Shown: piece after piece, positions 62,482 to 64,000 of the stretch
How the letters are laid out: the number at the start of each line of letters is the position of its first letter
How positions within the stretch are numbered: position 1 is the first letter of the stretch
Assembly (NCBI GenBank): GCA_964035545.1
Contig: OZ037766.1
Location: forward strand, 7,244,722 to 7,308,721
Direction of reading: 5' to 3'
Origin: Bugula neritina
Taxonomy: Eukaryota > Animalia > Bryozoa
Length of the DNA: 64,000 nucleotides
Translations under genes and position numbers: made by a program
Notes under the pieces: model-generated
Database searches by the model: none
What the model saw: only the letters and a program-made list of their open reading frames with translations
Told to the model about the DNA's origin: nothing

Positions 62482-63322
62482 TAATTTTTTTAAGAAGGTT
62501 CGTGAGGATTATTTCTAATTAGTGACCAGGCCGAACCTTGGTATGATTGTATCATCACCCTAGGCCCCTCTCCATTTCACAAAGTATCTGAATCTATCAT
62601 TGCTGTCAATCAGTGCCTGTATTCAGTAACCTGTTGGTCTTGTGGAGGAGTTGTTAGTATTTTAAGATTTTGTTGATAAAAGTGAAAGCTTCTGAACTAG
62701 ACTAGTAAAGTTGGTTTGTAAAGGTCACGTAACTAGATTACTAACTATCAATCAGTTAGTCACTGTCTTTTGATTGATGGCTGGTAGTACAATGTACAGC
62801 TGTTAAAACTATCATTTCCTAACATAATAATATTTTGTGCAACTGAACTCTGACATAACCCATAGTAGAGTAATAGCATGATAGACCACATACTTCGGAT
62901 GGTTCTATTCATGATCTATGACAATTCTACTAAAATAAGTGACAAACGATAAAAAGGAAATGTTGATTTATTAAAATGATTGTTATGCAGCCAAATGCAT
63001 GGAATGATAGTAAAAAATTGTCTCTTCACCCAAACCAATTTAAAAAATAAAAACTAATGCTAAAATTCACATATAAAAAGCAGTGTATCAAAAATTAACA
63101 CTCCATCTATGTGGTATTGGCCTATTGTCAAGTTATGCAGTAAGTGGAGTGAATATATTAGATATTATATACAATACTGTGATGCTCATCACTATGTCCA
63201 TTGCACTGCTGTGGGTAATTAGAAATCATAGGATGAGTTGTACTTTCTCTTCCAATACTATGACATGGTTTATAGTTTCTATAGTCTCATGTCTTGTTTT
63301 GGTCTGGCGGATAAACCCGCTG

Positions 63323-64000
63323 TTACTGTGTTATCTGTGAGTGGTTGCTCATTGGTATCGCCATTGTCACTGAACTGCTGCTATCGATGCTTGACATCAG
63401 TCCGTTGGTGGTGGGAAGGGAAGTCCTGGCTTCGGATGAGTTTATTGGTCCCCCAGAGCTAAGTGCTGCTGAAGAAGTCATCAAACTGTTAGATGTTGAG
63501 GACATTGTCAGTAGATTTTGTGTAGTTAGTGTGTTGATTGTTGTAGTTGGTGTGTTGGCTGTTGTAGTTGGTGTGTTGTCTGTTGTAGTTGGTGTGTTGG
63601 CTGTTGTAGTTGGTGTGTTGATTGTTGTAGTTGGTGTGTTGTCTGTTGTAGTTGGTGTGTTGGCTGTTGTAGTTGGTGTGTTGATTGTAGTAGTTGGTAT
63701 GTTGGCTGTTGTAGTTGATGTGTTGACTGTTGTAGTTGGTGTGTTGTCTGTTGTAGTTGTTGTGCCACTTGTTGTTTCTGATATATTAGCATCTGCAAGT
63801 GTTGAGTTTGTTGCTGCTGCCATTGTTGGTTGACGTTGTTTTGAAGTTGGTAAGAATGGTGCAAGTGTGATATTAAAGTTCTCTTCTACTGGGGTCATGC
63901 TGCTTGCTGCCACAATGCTGTTTTTAGGCTGTGATAAACTAGTGACAGATAACACTGGCCCAGCAGTTACACTGCTTGTGACTAAGTCAGCTGGGTCGGT
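63323..64000 (-). CDS. Thr/Ser-rich mucin-like protein, terminal exon (5'-partial)
   Basis: Frame is open from the window end (TDPADLVTSSVTAGPVLSVTS...) to TAA at 63323-63325. Heptad repeat TTT[ADIV]NTP; N-glycosylation sequons NIT, NST, NIS, NSS; AATAAA on minus at 62967-62972. Confidence 0.65.
   Translation of the reverse strand, partial: TDPADLVTSSVTAGPVLSVTSLSQPKNSIVAASSMTPVEENFNITLAPFLPTSKQRQPTMAAATNSTLADANISETTSGTTTTTDNTPTTTVNTSTTTANIPTTTINTPTTTANTPTTTDNTPTTTINTPTTTANTPTTTDNTPTTTANTPTTTINTLTTQNLLTMSSTSNSLMTSSAALSSGGPINSSEARTSLPTTNGLMSSIDSSSSVTMAIPMSNHSQITQ
63520..63760. repeat. 21-bp coding tandem repeat (~11 units)
   Basis: Units such as ttgtagttggtgtgttggctg / ...ttgtctg / ...ttgattg encode TTT[ADI]NTP on the minus strand. 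Confidence 0.9.

Noticed and set aside
63345-63864. Val-rich + strand ORF and Gln-rich alternative minus frame
   Set aside because: Shadow frames of the 21-bp repeat; the Thr-rich frame is the one that runs open from the window end through the repeat.

Overview
AT-rich, intron-rich eukaryotic DNA that looks like an invertebrate animal; the species cannot be fixed from sequence alone. Spliced gene models were built by hand from GT-AG sites and reading-frame phase. Left to right: (1) a tandem array of three SLC49A4/DIRC2-like lysosomal MFS transporter genes (+; the first is 5'-incomplete) with identical internal exon sizes; (2) a 42-aa beta-thymosin gene (-) missed by the ORF track; (3) a complete neuralized gene (-; 8 coding exons, 549 aa, MGxxxS start, 2 NHR domains, RING); (4) a 165-aa MARVEL-domain gene (+); (5) the 5' half of a DUSP11/PIR1-like RNA phosphatase (+), with an antisense Thr-rich mucin-like exon apparently inside its intron. 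Repeats include a tRNA-derived SINE (5 copies, 3 with target-site duplications, TSDs), several MITEs, a decayed CR1/L2-type RT fragment, a ~40-nt GC-rich micro-insert family with ~15-bp TSDs, a ~720-bp pure (CA)n, and kb-scale 3/6-nt-periodic TA satellites near inferred promoters. The strongest candidate for new biology is an inverted MITE pair (47-bp perfect duplex) bracketing neuralized exons 2-3. These exons form a 318-nt, phase-symmetric, stop-free cassette, predicting exon skipping and/or a circular RNA with an endless ORF. All functional claims are hypotheses; no database searches were run.
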